Source: a virus
Taxonomy: Duplodnaviria > Caudoviricetes
DNA: 56,373 nucleotides
Reading direction: 5' to 3' (one strand)
IMG/VR virus record: IMGVR_UViG_3300029319_007099
Coordinates: 1-56,373 of that record
Both the position numbers and the translations under genes were made by a program. Below are positions 9,776-19,257 of the stretch, piece after piece. The notes beneath the pieces are model-generated. The model was not told the DNA's origin, searched no databases, and worked only from the letters and a program-made list of their open reading frames with translations. The first letter of the stretch is position 1, and the number at the start of each line of letters is the position of its first letter.

Positions 9776-10616
9776 CGGTTATGGAAGCAGCGATGGTATT
9801 TACGGTGGTGATGAGTTAACAGATTATGTCCAGGAAGGTGAGATAGACTCTCCCAATCTTAACAGGTTAACTCTTGAAGGCGCTACTGAATTTAGCAAGT
9901 TTGAAACAGTAATAAAAGACTATGTTTTAGGCATGTTAGGTTTTCCTATTGTTAGGGTTGAGCTAACAGACTTTCAACTAAAACAAACGGTACAAGAGGC
10001 GATAAACCGATTAAATTATCATGCCCCATTATGGAACCTACAGTATGCTTCCTTCGACGCCTCTGCTGGACAGAACATTTACGAGTTACCACTCTATATG
10101 ATTCAAAACTTAGAGTATGTGGCTTATAGAAAAACACTACTAACTATCGCTGCCCAGGCTGGGACATTAGAGATGGATTTCTTTATTAAGTATTTCCAAG
10201 ACAACTTCTTGTTCTCTAACATGCAGGTGGGAGAGTTCTACCTGTTACAACAAACCCTAGAGATGTATAGAAAGATACTAAGTGGCGATGGTGGGTTCAA
10301 CATTGTTGGTGGAAAATACCTACAAATATATCCATCCCCAGCGATAACCCCAGAGAGGGTCATCATTGAGTACAGAGCGGTAAATTCTGATACAATTTTA
10401 CCAGCATATCTTAACTGGGCTCAGAGATATGCGCTGGCTGTAGCCAAAGGTATTTTAGCTCAAATACGAGGTAAATTTGCTTCGGTTCCGTCTCCCGCTG
10501 GTGGGGCTACACTGAATGGAGCGCAGCTTGCACAGGAAAGCCAGCAAGAAAAAGAGGCTCTTATCCAAGAATTATTAAGTGAAATAGAGGAGCCACCTGC
10601 ATTTAGTACATTCTGA
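9717..10616 (+). CDS. gp13: Neck protein (T4 gp13-like)
   Basis: Motifs DYVLGMLGFPIVRVELTDFQL, WAQRYALAVAK, RGKF and PAGGATLNG. Confidence 0.9.
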   Translation: MPDYQVNERTTPQIPRPKLNGYGSSDGIYGGDELTDYVQEGEIDSPNLNRLTLEGATEFSKFETVIKDYVLGMLGFPIVRVELTDFQLKQTVQEAINRLNYHAPLWNLQYASFDASAGQNIYELPLYMIQNLEYVAYRKTLLTIAAQAGTLEMDFFIKYFQDNFLFSNMQVGEFYLLQQTLEMYRKILSGDGGFNIVGGKYLQIYPSPAITPERVIIEYRAVNSDTILPAYLNWAQRYALAVAKGILAQIRGKFASVPSPAGGATLNGAQLAQESQQEKEALIQELLSEIEEPPAFSTF

Positions 10617-11188
10617 TGGTTAGAAAGAAAGAATTATTCGGTGTGACCACCCCGATGCCTCCTCTTCCTGAGGTTGACGCTAAAAGTAAACTGTCGTTTT
10701 TTGATCAAGAGAACGCCGATATAAACTTATTCAACCTTGTTGATGATGAGTTGATTCGCATAGCAGGTTCTGAGCTTCTGTATTACAAATACTATATTGA
10801 TCGAGACTACGATGAGGTGTATCTAGAGGACAGATCAAAAACCATCGCCACTGAGCCAATAGAAGTTCACGGACATTACGAACCTAAGCCTTTAGAGCAA
10901 AACTTAACTGAGTTTGGTTTGCAATTAACGAATGATCAGTTGTTTGTATTCAACAAATCTTACATAACTCAAATGATTTCTCGCGTACCTCAAGCGGGTG
11001 ATGTAATAAAACCAAAATTTCAAAACCAAAGATATGAAATCTTTGAGGTGCAAGAAGATAGCTTTCAAATATATGGCGTATACCACATTGTCTGTGCTGC
11101 TAAACTTCTTCGTGGTAGCGAGGACATTGTTGATGAGCATCTTACCAAAAAAAGTGAGGATGTTGGAGGCTACCTAGACTTACAATGA
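10616..11188 (+). CDS. gp14: Neck protein (T4 gp14-like)
   Basis: Motifs LVDDELIRIAG, DEVYLED, LTEFGLQ, PQAGDVI and YEIFEV; follows gp13. Confidence 0.85.
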   Translation: MVRKKELFGVTTPMPPLPEVDAKSKLSFFDQENADINLFNLVDDELIRIAGSELLYYKYYIDRDYDEVYLEDRSKTIATEPIEVHGHYEPKPLEQNLTEFGLQLTNDQLFVFNKSYITQMISRVPQAGDVIKPKFQNQRYEIFEVQEDSFQIYGVYHIVCAAKLLRGSEDIVDEHLTKKSEDVGGYLDLQ

Positions 11189-11940
11189 CTGAAACAAATA
11201 TAAGAACTAGAACAACAGAGGAGGCTTTTACTTTAACCGATGGTAATGCTTCTAGTATGGCTGATTTCAAGGGATCATCCAGGACTGGGCAGCAGTATCT
11301 GTTGAATCTGATCTCTCAAATGTCTAAGAAAAGTGTTGTGCCAATCAACGCTTACAAAGAGATAGTTAGATTTTTAATAGCAAACTTTGATAAGTTAGTT
11401 TATCTTAACAATGATTTAGAAAAGGTTGAAGTAAAATGTAGGTATGGAAATCCAGAGAGAACGATAGCTATGTTAAATGAGCATGATAATATAGTTGTTC
11501 CACTTATTACAATATCTCAAAACTCAGTCGTTGAGGCAGACACTAGAAGAAGAAACAGCACTTTATTGCTTCAGAGAACTTCTTGGAATGAAGAAACGCA
11601 AAGAGCAGAAAGGATAGTTAGTTTTTGTGATCGGCCTGTAACTTTGCAGTATAATTTAAATATTTGGTGTAAGTACATGGAGGATTTAGACCAACTAGCA
11701 CAGCAAGTTAGATTAGCTTTCAACCCATCTATACCTCTAACCACAGAGTTCTCAAAAGATAGCCAAGCATTTCTAGCTCAAGAAGCTAACAACTACTCTT
11801 TTGCCTTGGCTGATAGAGAAGATAGAATTTTACAAAAAACATTTACCATATCTGTAGAGACATATATTAAGAGTCCTCAATACAAAATAACATCTACAGG
11901 TAAGATAGAAGAGGTTAACGCAGAAATAACCGTGCTCTGA
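11185..11940 (+). CDS. gp15: Tail terminator/sheath stabiliser (T4 gp15-like)
   Basis: Motifs VKCRYGNPER, VPLITI and PVTLQYNLNIWCKYMEDLDQLAQQV..FNP; synteny with gp13/14 and gp18. Confidence 0.8.
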   Translation: MTETNIRTRTTEEAFTLTDGNASSMADFKGSSRTGQQYLLNLISQMSKKSVVPINAYKEIVRFLIANFDKLVYLNNDLEKVEVKCRYGNPERTIAMLNEHDNIVVPLITISQNSVVEADTRRRNSTLLLQRTSWNEETQRAERIVSFCDRPVTLQYNLNIWCKYMEDLDQLAQQVRLAFNPSIPLTTEFSKDSQAFLAQEANNYSFALADREDRILQKTFTISVETYIKSPQYKITSTGKIEEVNAEITVL

Positions 11941-11970
11941 TTGGATAATTTTTTCCAAAAAGCCTTTCGT

Positions 11971-11993
11971 AACCTCTAAATACATTAGAGGTT
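11971..11993 (+). promoter_or_regulatory. Late promoter TAAATA (11977-11982) within a 9-bp inverted repeat that covers the downstream RBS
   Basis: AACCTCTAA-ATACA-TTAGAGGTT; the right arm contains GAGGT. Confidence 0.6.
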
Positions 11994-11998
11994 AAATC

Positions 11999-12175
11999 TT
12001 GAAATCCATTAAGAATGATTCATTACAAAGGTTAGAGCTTTATCTGACCACAAAAAAGGGAACCAAAAGAATATGGTTGATGCCTAGAGAAACAGTAGTG
12101 GTCCCCAGTTATTACCTAACAAAGCAGATAACTAATCTTGCAGAGAGAAGAATTCTTACGGTCAAGAGTGCATAG
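11999..12175 (+). CDS. Small basic protein (58 aa), not in the supplied ORF track
   Basis: TTG start 6 nt after GAGGT; reads MKSIKNDSLQRLELYLTTKKGTKRIWLMPRETVVVPSYYLTKQITNLAERRILTVKSA* and fills the gap before the sheath gene. Confidence 0.7.
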   Translation: MKSIKNDSLQRLELYLTTKKGTKRIWLMPRETVVVPSYYLTKQITNLAERRILTVKSA

Positions 12176-12186
12176 AGGAATAAATT

Positions 12187-14463
12187 ATGGCAAATTTCGT
12201 TAGTCCAGGTGTTTATGTTGTAGAAAGAGATATCAGTGATTACACCCCAGCGGTTAATCCTACTGTGGTTGGTTTAGTTGGCTTTGCTTCTAAAGGTGAG
12301 CCAAACAAAGCAAAGCTTATCACTAGCCAAGAAAACTTAGTTAAAGAGTTCGGTAGACCCATCGAAGTTCTTCCTGGTCAGGCTATTGAAGGCGCTTTAG
12401 AGATACTTGAAACATGTAACCAGCTTTACTTTGTTCGCGCACTAGATTCAGCTACAGCCTCTGATGCCAGTGCAATGATTGATATGGGCGCTTGCCCTGC
12501 TTTGGGAGTGTCTTCCGCAGGTTTAGGTGTAACGAGTAGTATTTACCTTCGAGTTCAGGTAACTAACAATGAAGGAACTAACCAGTTCGATACAGCAAAA
12601 GTTTACTCAGTTCTAGCTGGAACCTCTTACGGTGCTGGGACTGCTGCTACAACACAAGCTCAAGCTATGGCGTCTGTGTTAGGAGCAGCCTTGGACACCA
12701 CAAAAGTAGGTTCCTACTTGACTGCTTCAGGCACTGATACCACAATCCCTGAGGTTGTAGGTAATTATATCGTCGGAAACTTTGCGGGATCAGGCGCAAC
12801 TTTAACTGTTGAAGCGTTTGGAGATTCTGCTTTAACAGAAAGATCTCCCATTCTTTATCCCTTAGATCTCAGTGGAAATGCTAGTGGTGTTTCAGGCGTT
12901 ATTCCTGCAAATGCGACAATTGGTTTAGGTGTTGGTGATGGCGCAGGTGTTGCACCTATGAACTCATATGCAAACTCAGGTATCGGAGGTCCTTCTGGTC
13001 CAGGATTCGTTTCAGCAGTTGTTAGAGGTGTGAGCTTTGTAAATGGTTCTGGAACAAATGGTCTAGGTTACTTAGCACAATCAATCTATGAGGGTGCAGG
13101 TTACAACACCTCAACCTTAACTGATGGCACTGTCTTAGGTAACTCAATTACAGTTAAGGACTTGGGTAGCTTTAATAACACTATTCAAGTAAATGAAGAG
13201 GGTGTCGCATTAGAAAACTTCAAAGTATCCTTACTAAACTCAGGCAACTTTGTAGAAGATGTGATTAACACAGGAGAGACAAACCTTACATCTAACATCA
13301 TTAAAGGTAACCTATACTCAGAAGGTGTTGATCTTGCAACTATCACTAAGTTTGGAAACTACACTGATAAATTAGCAAACCTAGGGACTCTTGGGGTTGT
13401 TAGAGGATCTAAAGGTGCCATGACAGTTAACCGTGGAGGTGCTGTAGCAAGTGATACTTCTGCTGCTGAATTAAATACAGACGGAAGGTACATGGATTCA
13501 AGATTCAACAAGTTTATCGCTGGCACTTACAGCATGTTTGATGGTGACAACGGTACTGGCGCTGATTCTGACGCAGAGACCACTGCCTTAATAGGCACCA
13601 CTTCGCCAAGCAGATCAGGAATGCAGGTGTTAGATGATGATCTTGTCCCTGTCACCCTTGCCGCTGTCCCAGGGATTACTACTGCGGCAGTTCAGAACGC
13701 TTTAATCACTCTAGCAGAAGCCACTGGAGACTTCTTAGCAGTATTCGGAGCACCTCACGGTGTTGGAAATGTTGGGGATGCAATTGATTACAGTAATGGT
13801 TTAACTACTTACAGATCAACACCCTTTAACAGTTCTTACGCTGCTCTCTACTTCCCACATGTTAAGGTTTTCCAAACCTTCTTAGGGAAGGATATCTTCT
13901 TAGACCCAGCAATCTTTGCAATCAGGCAGATGGGCTTTACTGATACTGTGGCAGACTTATGGTTCGCACCAGCAGGATTCCAAAGAGGTAGATTGACGAA
14001 GCCTACAGAGGTTGAGGTTTCCATCAATAGAGGAGATAGAGACGCCATGTACAGTGGTGGAAATGCGGTCAACCCCATCGTTAATTTTGCAGGACAAGGC
14101 ATTACAATCTTCGGTCAAAGAACCACACAAAGAGAGCCTACCGCTCTTGACAGAATCAATGTTAGAAGATTGATGATCTTTGTGAAACGAGTTATTGAGG
14201 CAGCAACAAGACGATTTATTTTCGAGCCCAATGATCCTGTTACTCAAGAAGCAATTACTAACCTTCTTAAACCATTGTTCCAAGACATCAAGCAACGCAG
14301 AGGTATCACTGATTTTAAGGTTATCTGTGATGAGACAGTAAATACCCCTGTGAGAGTTGATAGAAACGAACTCTGGTGCAAGGTAATAATTAAGCCCACT
14401 AAGGCGGCTGAGATCTTAGTATTCGAGTTGAATATCACAAATCAATCCGCAAAGGTAAGCTAA
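12187..14463 (+). CDS. gp18: Contractile tail sheath protein (gp18-like)
   Basis: Motifs FVSPGVYVVERDIS, WFAPAGFQRG, FGQRT, LDRINVRRL and FEPND. Confidence 0.97.
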   Translation: MANFVSPGVYVVERDISDYTPAVNPTVVGLVGFASKGEPNKAKLITSQENLVKEFGRPIEVLPGQAIEGALEILETCNQLYFVRALDSATASDASAMIDMGACPALGVSSAGLGVTSSIYLRVQVTNNEGTNQFDTAKVYSVLAGTSYGAGTAATTQAQAMASVLGAALDTTKVGSYLTASGTDTTIPEVVGNYIVGNFAGSGATLTVEAFGDSALTERSPILYPLDLSGNASGVSGVIPANATIGLGVGDGAGVAPMNSYANSGIGGPSGPGFVSAVVRGVSFVNGSGTNGLGYLAQSIYEGAGYNTSTLTDGTVLGNSITVKDLGSFNNTIQVNEEGVALENFKVSLLNSGNFVEDVINTGETNLTSNIIKGNLYSEGVDLATITKFGNYTDKLANLGTLGVVRGSKGAMTVNRGGAVASDTSAAELNTDGRYMDSRFNKFIAGTYSMFDGDNGTGADSDAETTALIGTTSPSRSGMQVLDDDLVPVTLAAVPGITTAAVQNALITLAEATGDFLAVFGAPHGVGNVGDAIDYSNGLTTYRSTPFNSSYAALYFPHVKVFQTFLGKDIFLDPAIFAIRQMGFTDTVADLWFAPAGFQRGRLTKPTEVEVSINRGDRDAMYSGGNAVNPIVNFAGQGITIFGQRTTQREPTALDRINVRRLMIFVKRVIEAATRRFIFEPNDPVTQEAITNLLKPLFQDIKQRRGITDFKVICDETVNTPVRVDRNELWCKVIIKPTKAAEILVFELNITNQSAKVS

Positions 14464-14480
14464 CCAAGGAAAAATAAGAT

Positions 14481-15107
14481 ATGGCATACAAACAATATTT
14501 CGCAGGAACAGACCCTATCGTAAATAGAGGTATCACTGAGCGTGATGATGTTCCTAACATTTCAACTGATCTAGATTCAGTAAGAGCTTATCAATGGGAA
14601 GTTAACTTCTTTTTTGATAAGCAAGGCGCGGGGGACGGTGCTACTCTAAACGGTAGCCAAAAGCCTTTGACCCTTGCAGCAAAGCAAGTAAACGGTATTG
14701 GAATGACAGTTGAAGACATTGAAGTTAACAGAGTTAACGACAAGGTGTACTATCCTGGCAGAGCCAGCATGGAAGAGGCTGTTGTTACTTTCGATAACTT
14801 GTCCAGAACTAAGGTTGACCGTGTTTTATATGAGTTATTTGGTAAAACATATGACCCTAGGAACGGTCAAATGGGCGACATTGGAAGAGGCACAGCCAGT
14901 AAAGGTAAGATTGAACTTGTTCAGTTACAACCTAATGGTGAGCCTCGAAATGTAATAGTCCTCATGGGTGCATATCCCAAGGCACTTACACATGGTGAGT
15001 ACAACTATAGCACTAATGAATTTCATACTCTTGAAATGACCTTCCGCTATGATTACTTCATCAATACTAATGATGCTGAGGGCGAAATTAGAACAACCAT
15101 CGCATAA
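14481..15107 (+). CDS. gp19: Tail tube protein (gp19-like)
   Basis: Follows the sheath; motifs RAYQWEV, VYYPGR, GAYPK and LEMTFRYDY. Confidence 0.85.
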   Translation: MAYKQYFAGTDPIVNRGITERDDVPNISTDLDSVRAYQWEVNFFFDKQGAGDGATLNGSQKPLTLAAKQVNGIGMTVEDIEVNRVNDKVYYPGRASMEEAVVTFDNLSRTKVDRVLYELFGKTYDPRNGQMGDIGRGTASKGKIELVQLQPNGEPRNVIVLMGAYPKALTHGEYNYSTNEFHTLEMTFRYDYFINTNDAEGEIRTTIA

Positions 15108-15126
15108 AGCATAAAGTCAAATTTAA

Positions 15127-15165
15127 AAACCCAACTCGTTTGGACGCGGGTTGGGTTTATTTTTT
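15127..15165 (+). terminator. Rho-independent terminator
   Basis: Stem AAACCCAACTCG/CGGGTTGGGTTT followed by ATTTTTT. Confidence 0.8.
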
Positions 15166-15179
15166 AGCTATGATATAAT

Positions 15180-17741
15180 ATGGATTACTTCAACGAATTA
15201 CTGGAAAGCTATTCTAGATTAAAGAAACGGAAGCTGGTTTTGTTAGAACAAGAACCATCTGCCAAAGAAAAGAAGGCTGAACAGGATGCAGGAGGGCGAG
15301 AGAAGGCTGAGGCCTTCTTTAATGCCGCTGACAATGAGAGAGTTGTAGCTAATTTACAAGCTATGGATGCAAAGAAAGCTCCTTATGCATACAAAGGAGA
15401 CTTCAAAGGCAGATTAGTTACTAAAATTACAGGAGGACCTTTAGGTAATCGCACTATAAATGGAGCCACATTCCAAGAAATGGAATCTACTTATCCTGAA
15501 CAAACTACAAAACTAGTTAACTACTTCGCAGACAACCAAGAACCCGATGAGATCACTTCTATGTTGCAAGGGGTGGGTCTTGAGGCTGCCCTTAATCGGG
15601 TGGGCAATCAGTTAGAAGACGCTGCTCCTGGTATGGAAGCGGGTATTTTAGAAAGTATCAAAGGTAAGTTGCTTACATCTTTACAAAAAGCCAACAGCCT
15701 TGTTTTGGTGGCGAGAGAGTTAGGAGTAAAAGAGAACTGGGCTGGTTGGAGCAAAGAAACAGAGAGCTATAGAGGACAGGCTGAAGGTGATGATAGTCCT
15801 GACAAGACAGGCACGGTAGGATCTTACATTTCAGGTGGGGCACCACAGAGTCTTGAGAGACAAATGGCTCAAGGAAAATTAGGAATGATCACTGAAGAAG
15901 AAGGTTTGGTTTTACAGGACATGGTTTCCGATCCCACTTTAATTCAAGGTGCTGTAGATTCAATGAATGCATTACTTTCCTTTGGTGATTCAGAAATAGA
16001 AGATAAGGACGAAAAGTGTGCCTCTTTAGGCAGTCGCGTTAGAAGTAAAGGCAAAAAATTAGTTTTACATAATCGGGGTAATATGGATGAGGGTGTGGTT
16101 ATATCTAGAAACCAGTTCTTAGAGTTTGCTATCAAACAGGCTAGGGAACGGTGTGATAATCCTGGCGTGATTCCAGAGATCCCTAAGGGTATTTATACAC
16201 CGCAAGAATTAAATGATGCTAGAGGCAAAGGACTAGAGACTGCTTTCGTAGCTGTTTCTTTTTACGATAGCTTAAGATCCTTAGATGATTCCACCAAAAA
16301 GAAAAAGCTCTTAAAAGATTTCGCTAAGTATGTAACTCAAGAATTGCTACTAGACCAAAGAAAGTTTGATGCTGCAAATAGATGGGCAGTAGAGACTGAG
16401 CGTAATAAGAATGCAACAGACTTGCGGGGATCTTTTGTTAGCGATATGCTTTTGGAGCTAGGAAAACAAACAAACACTCCAGCTAAACTTATAGGCTTTT
16501 TACAACGAGCCCATGAGATGGAGGCTGTAGTGGTTAATAAAATTAAACCAGAATTCAGTATCCCCCTAGGAAAAAAGACAGGTGCTGGTATAGCAGATGA
16601 TATGGGTTACCTGTATAGAGATGAAAAGTCTGCACAAAATGCAGCTAATGAACTAGGCTTAGAGAGGGGAGAGACTGTCCTCACCACTACCGTTGAAGAA
16701 CTTAAAAAAGAAAGCCCTGAAATGGCTGAGTTATACCAAGAAAGGTATGATTTATCTGACGATCAGCAGGTATATGTTGTTGGTAGTGGAGTAAAGTCTT
16801 ACTTTGATGAAGGGTCGGTAAAAGCAGGTGAGAACAACAGTTACGAAAGAAGATCAGGCTTGGTAAATGGCACTGATACACAAAGTGTCGCAGAGGGATT
16901 CCAAGAGGTTACTATGAAAAGACTTGGTTTTAACGATGCTGATTTGTCGGATGTTAGGTCTTACCAAGCTGAGTTAGATAATATTTACGACACTATGGGT
17001 AGTATTTTACCTGAGGACTCCACCGTTCTTGTTGATGCTGAGGGCAACAGAAGGCCTATTGATTTCAAAACCACTGTTGAGATTCTAGACACTAGAATTG
17101 CGGGGTTATCATTAGATGACGCTGCCAGAAATAGACTGAAGATGCTAGTACAGAACCAGGATGGAACTAAAATAAACTTAAGTGATAAGATCGAAAGGCT
17201 TGACCTACGAGAAAACTTAGGAAGGTTGTTATTAAATGCAAAACAATCTAATGATTGTAAAGAGAGAGACTCATCTGGTCAGCTAACAGAGAAAGCCATG
17301 AGAGCCAGGAAGAATCTAGCTTATACTTGTCACATGATTGGAGGAGTAAAATTAGACAGTGCCATGAATAGGAAAACTCTAAACAGTAACAATGTTAGGG
17401 TTGGTTCCCATATGGCTCCAATCAATGAGGCAACCAAAGGTATTTTAGATCCTGACTCTGGGTTTGAGGTTGATATTGCATCCACAGGCAACACTTTATC
17501 CTTAAGGCGACAAGGTGTGGGCGGGATATCCTTAGGAACTGAGCGCACTAGAGGGGCTGATAGAGTTCCTAGAACCAGAAGCTTAGTAAGTGTTAGCAGT
17601 GAAAGCCAGAAAGATTCTGCAACTATAAATGAGACTATTAGTGTAAGACAAAAAGGCTCCGAGAATGTTCAAGATAGCTTAATGATTAACTTTTTAAGAG
17701 GTCAAGCAAAGCTACTTGAACAATTATTAGCTAACAGTTGA
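15180..17741 (+). CDS. Large hypothetical protein (853 aa), possibly head-packaged
   Basis: Long ORF; the N-terminus MDYFNELLESYSRLKKRKLVLLEQ carries LLE motifs like gp21 cleavage sites. Confidence 0.6.
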   Translation: MDYFNELLESYSRLKKRKLVLLEQEPSAKEKKAEQDAGGREKAEAFFNAADNERVVANLQAMDAKKAPYAYKGDFKGRLVTKITGGPLGNRTINGATFQEMESTYPEQTTKLVNYFADNQEPDEITSMLQGVGLEAALNRVGNQLEDAAPGMEAGILESIKGKLLTSLQKANSLVLVARELGVKENWAGWSKETESYRGQAEGDDSPDKTGTVGSYISGGAPQSLERQMAQGKLGMITEEEGLVLQDMVSDPTLIQGAVDSMNALLSFGDSEIEDKDEKCASLGSRVRSKGKKLVLHNRGNMDEGVVISRNQFLEFAIKQARERCDNPGVIPEIPKGIYTPQELNDARGKGLETAFVAVSFYDSLRSLDDSTKKKKLLKDFAKYVTQELLLDQRKFDAANRWAVETERNKNATDLRGSFVSDMLLELGKQTNTPAKLIGFLQRAHEMEAVVVNKIKPEFSIPLGKKTGAGIADDMGYLYRDEKSAQNAANELGLERGETVLTTTVEELKKESPEMAELYQERYDLSDDQQVYVVGSGVKSYFDEGSVKAGENNSYERRSGLVNGTDTQSVAEGFQEVTMKRLGFNDADLSDVRSYQAELDNIYDTMGSILPEDSTVLVDAEGNRRPIDFKTTVEILDTRIAGLSLDDAARNRLKMLVQNQDGTKINLSDKIERLDLRENLGRLLLNAKQSNDCKERDSSGQLTEKAMRARKNLAYTCHMIGGVKLDSAMNRKTLNSNNVRVGSHMAPINEATKGILDPDSGFEVDIASTGNTLSLRRQGVGGISLGTERTRGADRVPRTRSLVSVSSESQKDSATINETISVRQKGSENVQDSLMINFLRGQAKLLEQLLANS

Positions 17742-18264
17742 ACCATTTTTCTTTATAGTCATCTATAATATCTTTTAATTTATAAATACTATAAGTGTTT
17801 GCTGTTAATGTTTGTTTATCATCCTTAAATATTGTAATAGAAGGAATTAATGTAGTAAACATATCTTTATAAGTAATTACTAATATATCTTTTCTATCTT
17901 GTTTATATATGATCATAGGCACTTTGCTCATTTTTTTTGCATCTTTTTCACATTGTTCTATGAACTGCCATATCTTTGAATTATAATCTAACAAACTGTA
18001 GATTGTTTGGTCGTTGTAGCCCTTTTTACACTCAATACAAAACTTGAAGTTTAGTGGTGTAATTAGGTCCCCTGCGACTGTAATGTGTTCAGGAAGCTCA
18101 TGGGTGGTGGCGAAAGCGCCGCTGCCAGGAGTCCGACTGAATTCTTTGGTACTAAACTGTTCGTTAAGCATCTTAGCTATTTGTCGCTCAAAAGCACCAC
18201 CTTTAGCTTTGCTGTTAACTCGTTTAGGCTTTTTTAACTTTTCTAAATTAATTTTGTCCCTCAT
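17731..18264 (-). CDS. Holliday junction resolvase (Hjc-type PD-(D/E)xK nuclease)
   Basis: Motifs NSKAKGGAFER, RTPGSGA, GDL and IECK. Confidence 0.85.
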   Translation of the reverse strand: MRDKINLEKLKKPKRVNSKAKGGAFERQIAKMLNEQFSTKEFSRTPGSGAFATTHELPEHITVAGDLITPLNFKFCIECKKGYNDQTIYSLLDYNSKIWQFIEQCEKDAKKMSKVPMIIYKQDRKDILVITYKDMFTTLIPSITIFKDDKQTLTANTYSIYKLKDIIDDYKEKWFNC

Positions 18265-18284
18265 GTACTATTATACCTTGAGTT

Positions 18285-18614
18285 ATGAAAGAAAAATTGG
18301 TTTTAAATTTTGAGTCTTGGAATATTAAACAAATAAACAGGAGTAAAGACCGTATGAAACTACAAATTAAACTCAGCAAAGAAGAGGCGCAAGCCTTCAA
18401 AAACTTCACCGAAATGGTTAAGCCCCCTGAAATCCCTGAGGATGATTTCTTGAAAGGTATTTTTAAAATTGGTGTCGAGACAATGGAGATGAAGCTCATG
18501 GAAGCCGTGCAGCAACACGCTCAAGAGAACGACATTGATCTAGATAAACTGGCCGAAGAAACCGAAAGTGTTGAGGAAACACAAGATGAAGTACAAGATA
18601 GTAAAACTGTCTAA
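18285..18614 (+). CDS. Hypothetical protein with acidic tail
   Basis: ORF divergent from the resolvase. Confidence 0.6.
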   Translation: MKEKLVLNFESWNIKQINRSKDRMKLQIKLSKEEAQAFKNFTEMVKPPEIPEDDFLKGIFKIGVETMEMKLMEAVQQHAQENDIDLDKLAEETESVEETQDEVQDSKTV

Positions 18615-18912
18615 AGAGAATGATCTCAACCGAGAGTTGAGAAAACAAAAGCGTGAGAAAGGAGAGATTTCAATTCTCTTCGTTTCTCCTTGGGATAAAT
18701 ACTGCACCGCTCTGATGGAGAAGTTAGAGAAGAGGTACGACAGCAATGTGAAAGGCGGGAAGCCTTTGTATATCGTAGACAACTACAATATGCCTCACTC
18801 TTTTGTCATCTTCAAGAGCAGTGTGCTGCCTCACCTAGTTACCATCAAGCGTAACAAGGTAATCTCTGAGGACTACCTTCCCATGGTATACAAGAACCTA
18901 GACCTAGAGTAA
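18586..18912 (+). CDS. Thioredoxin-fold-like protein with atypical WDKYC motif
   Basis: ILFVSPWDKYC sits at the WCxxC position and VLPHLV resembles the cis-Pro loop; GAGGA RBS before ATG 18586. Confidence 0.55.
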   Translation: MKYKIVKLSKENDLNRELRKQKREKGEISILFVSPWDKYCTALMEKLEKRYDSNVKGGKPLYIVDNYNMPHSFVIFKSSVLPHLVTIKRNKVISEDYLPMVYKNLDLE

Positions 18913-19245
18913 GTCTTTTTTTAGTTCTGTATACGCATCTAGCTTTTCACTATACTTTTTGTTTTTAGTGTATAAAAGCTTGAGGTTATTGAGTATAATA
19001 GTTGTGAAGTAGTTAAAAGCGTTGCCCATTTCAGGGTTAAAGTTTTTGAGTGTTTTGAGTATTAACACAAAACACTCCTGCTTCGCATCGTCCTCTTCCA
19101 GGTTGAACGAGAATCCTGTGATGATGTTTGATATGAGTACATCGAACATTGCAAAAAGCTCGTCCTCATGTTCCTTGGGGTTTCGCTTGTAAAGCTTGAT
19201 TAAGCTTTCAAATTTATTGTTATCTATGTAATGCTTCTGACTCAT
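18904..19245 (-). CDS. gp55: Late-transcription sigma factor (T4 gp55-like), short form
   Basis: HYIDNNKF...DDAKQEC...LKNFNPEMGNAFNYFTTII matches the gp55 pattern HYVNN..F / NFDP..NPFAYFT. Confidence 0.75.
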   Translation of the reverse strand: MSQKHYIDNNKFESLIKLYKRNPKEHEDELFAMFDVLISNIITGFSFNLEEDDAKQECFVLILKTLKNFNPEMGNAFNYFTTIILNNLKLLYTKNKKYSEKLDAYTELKKDLL

Positions 19246-19257
19246 AATATATTATAG

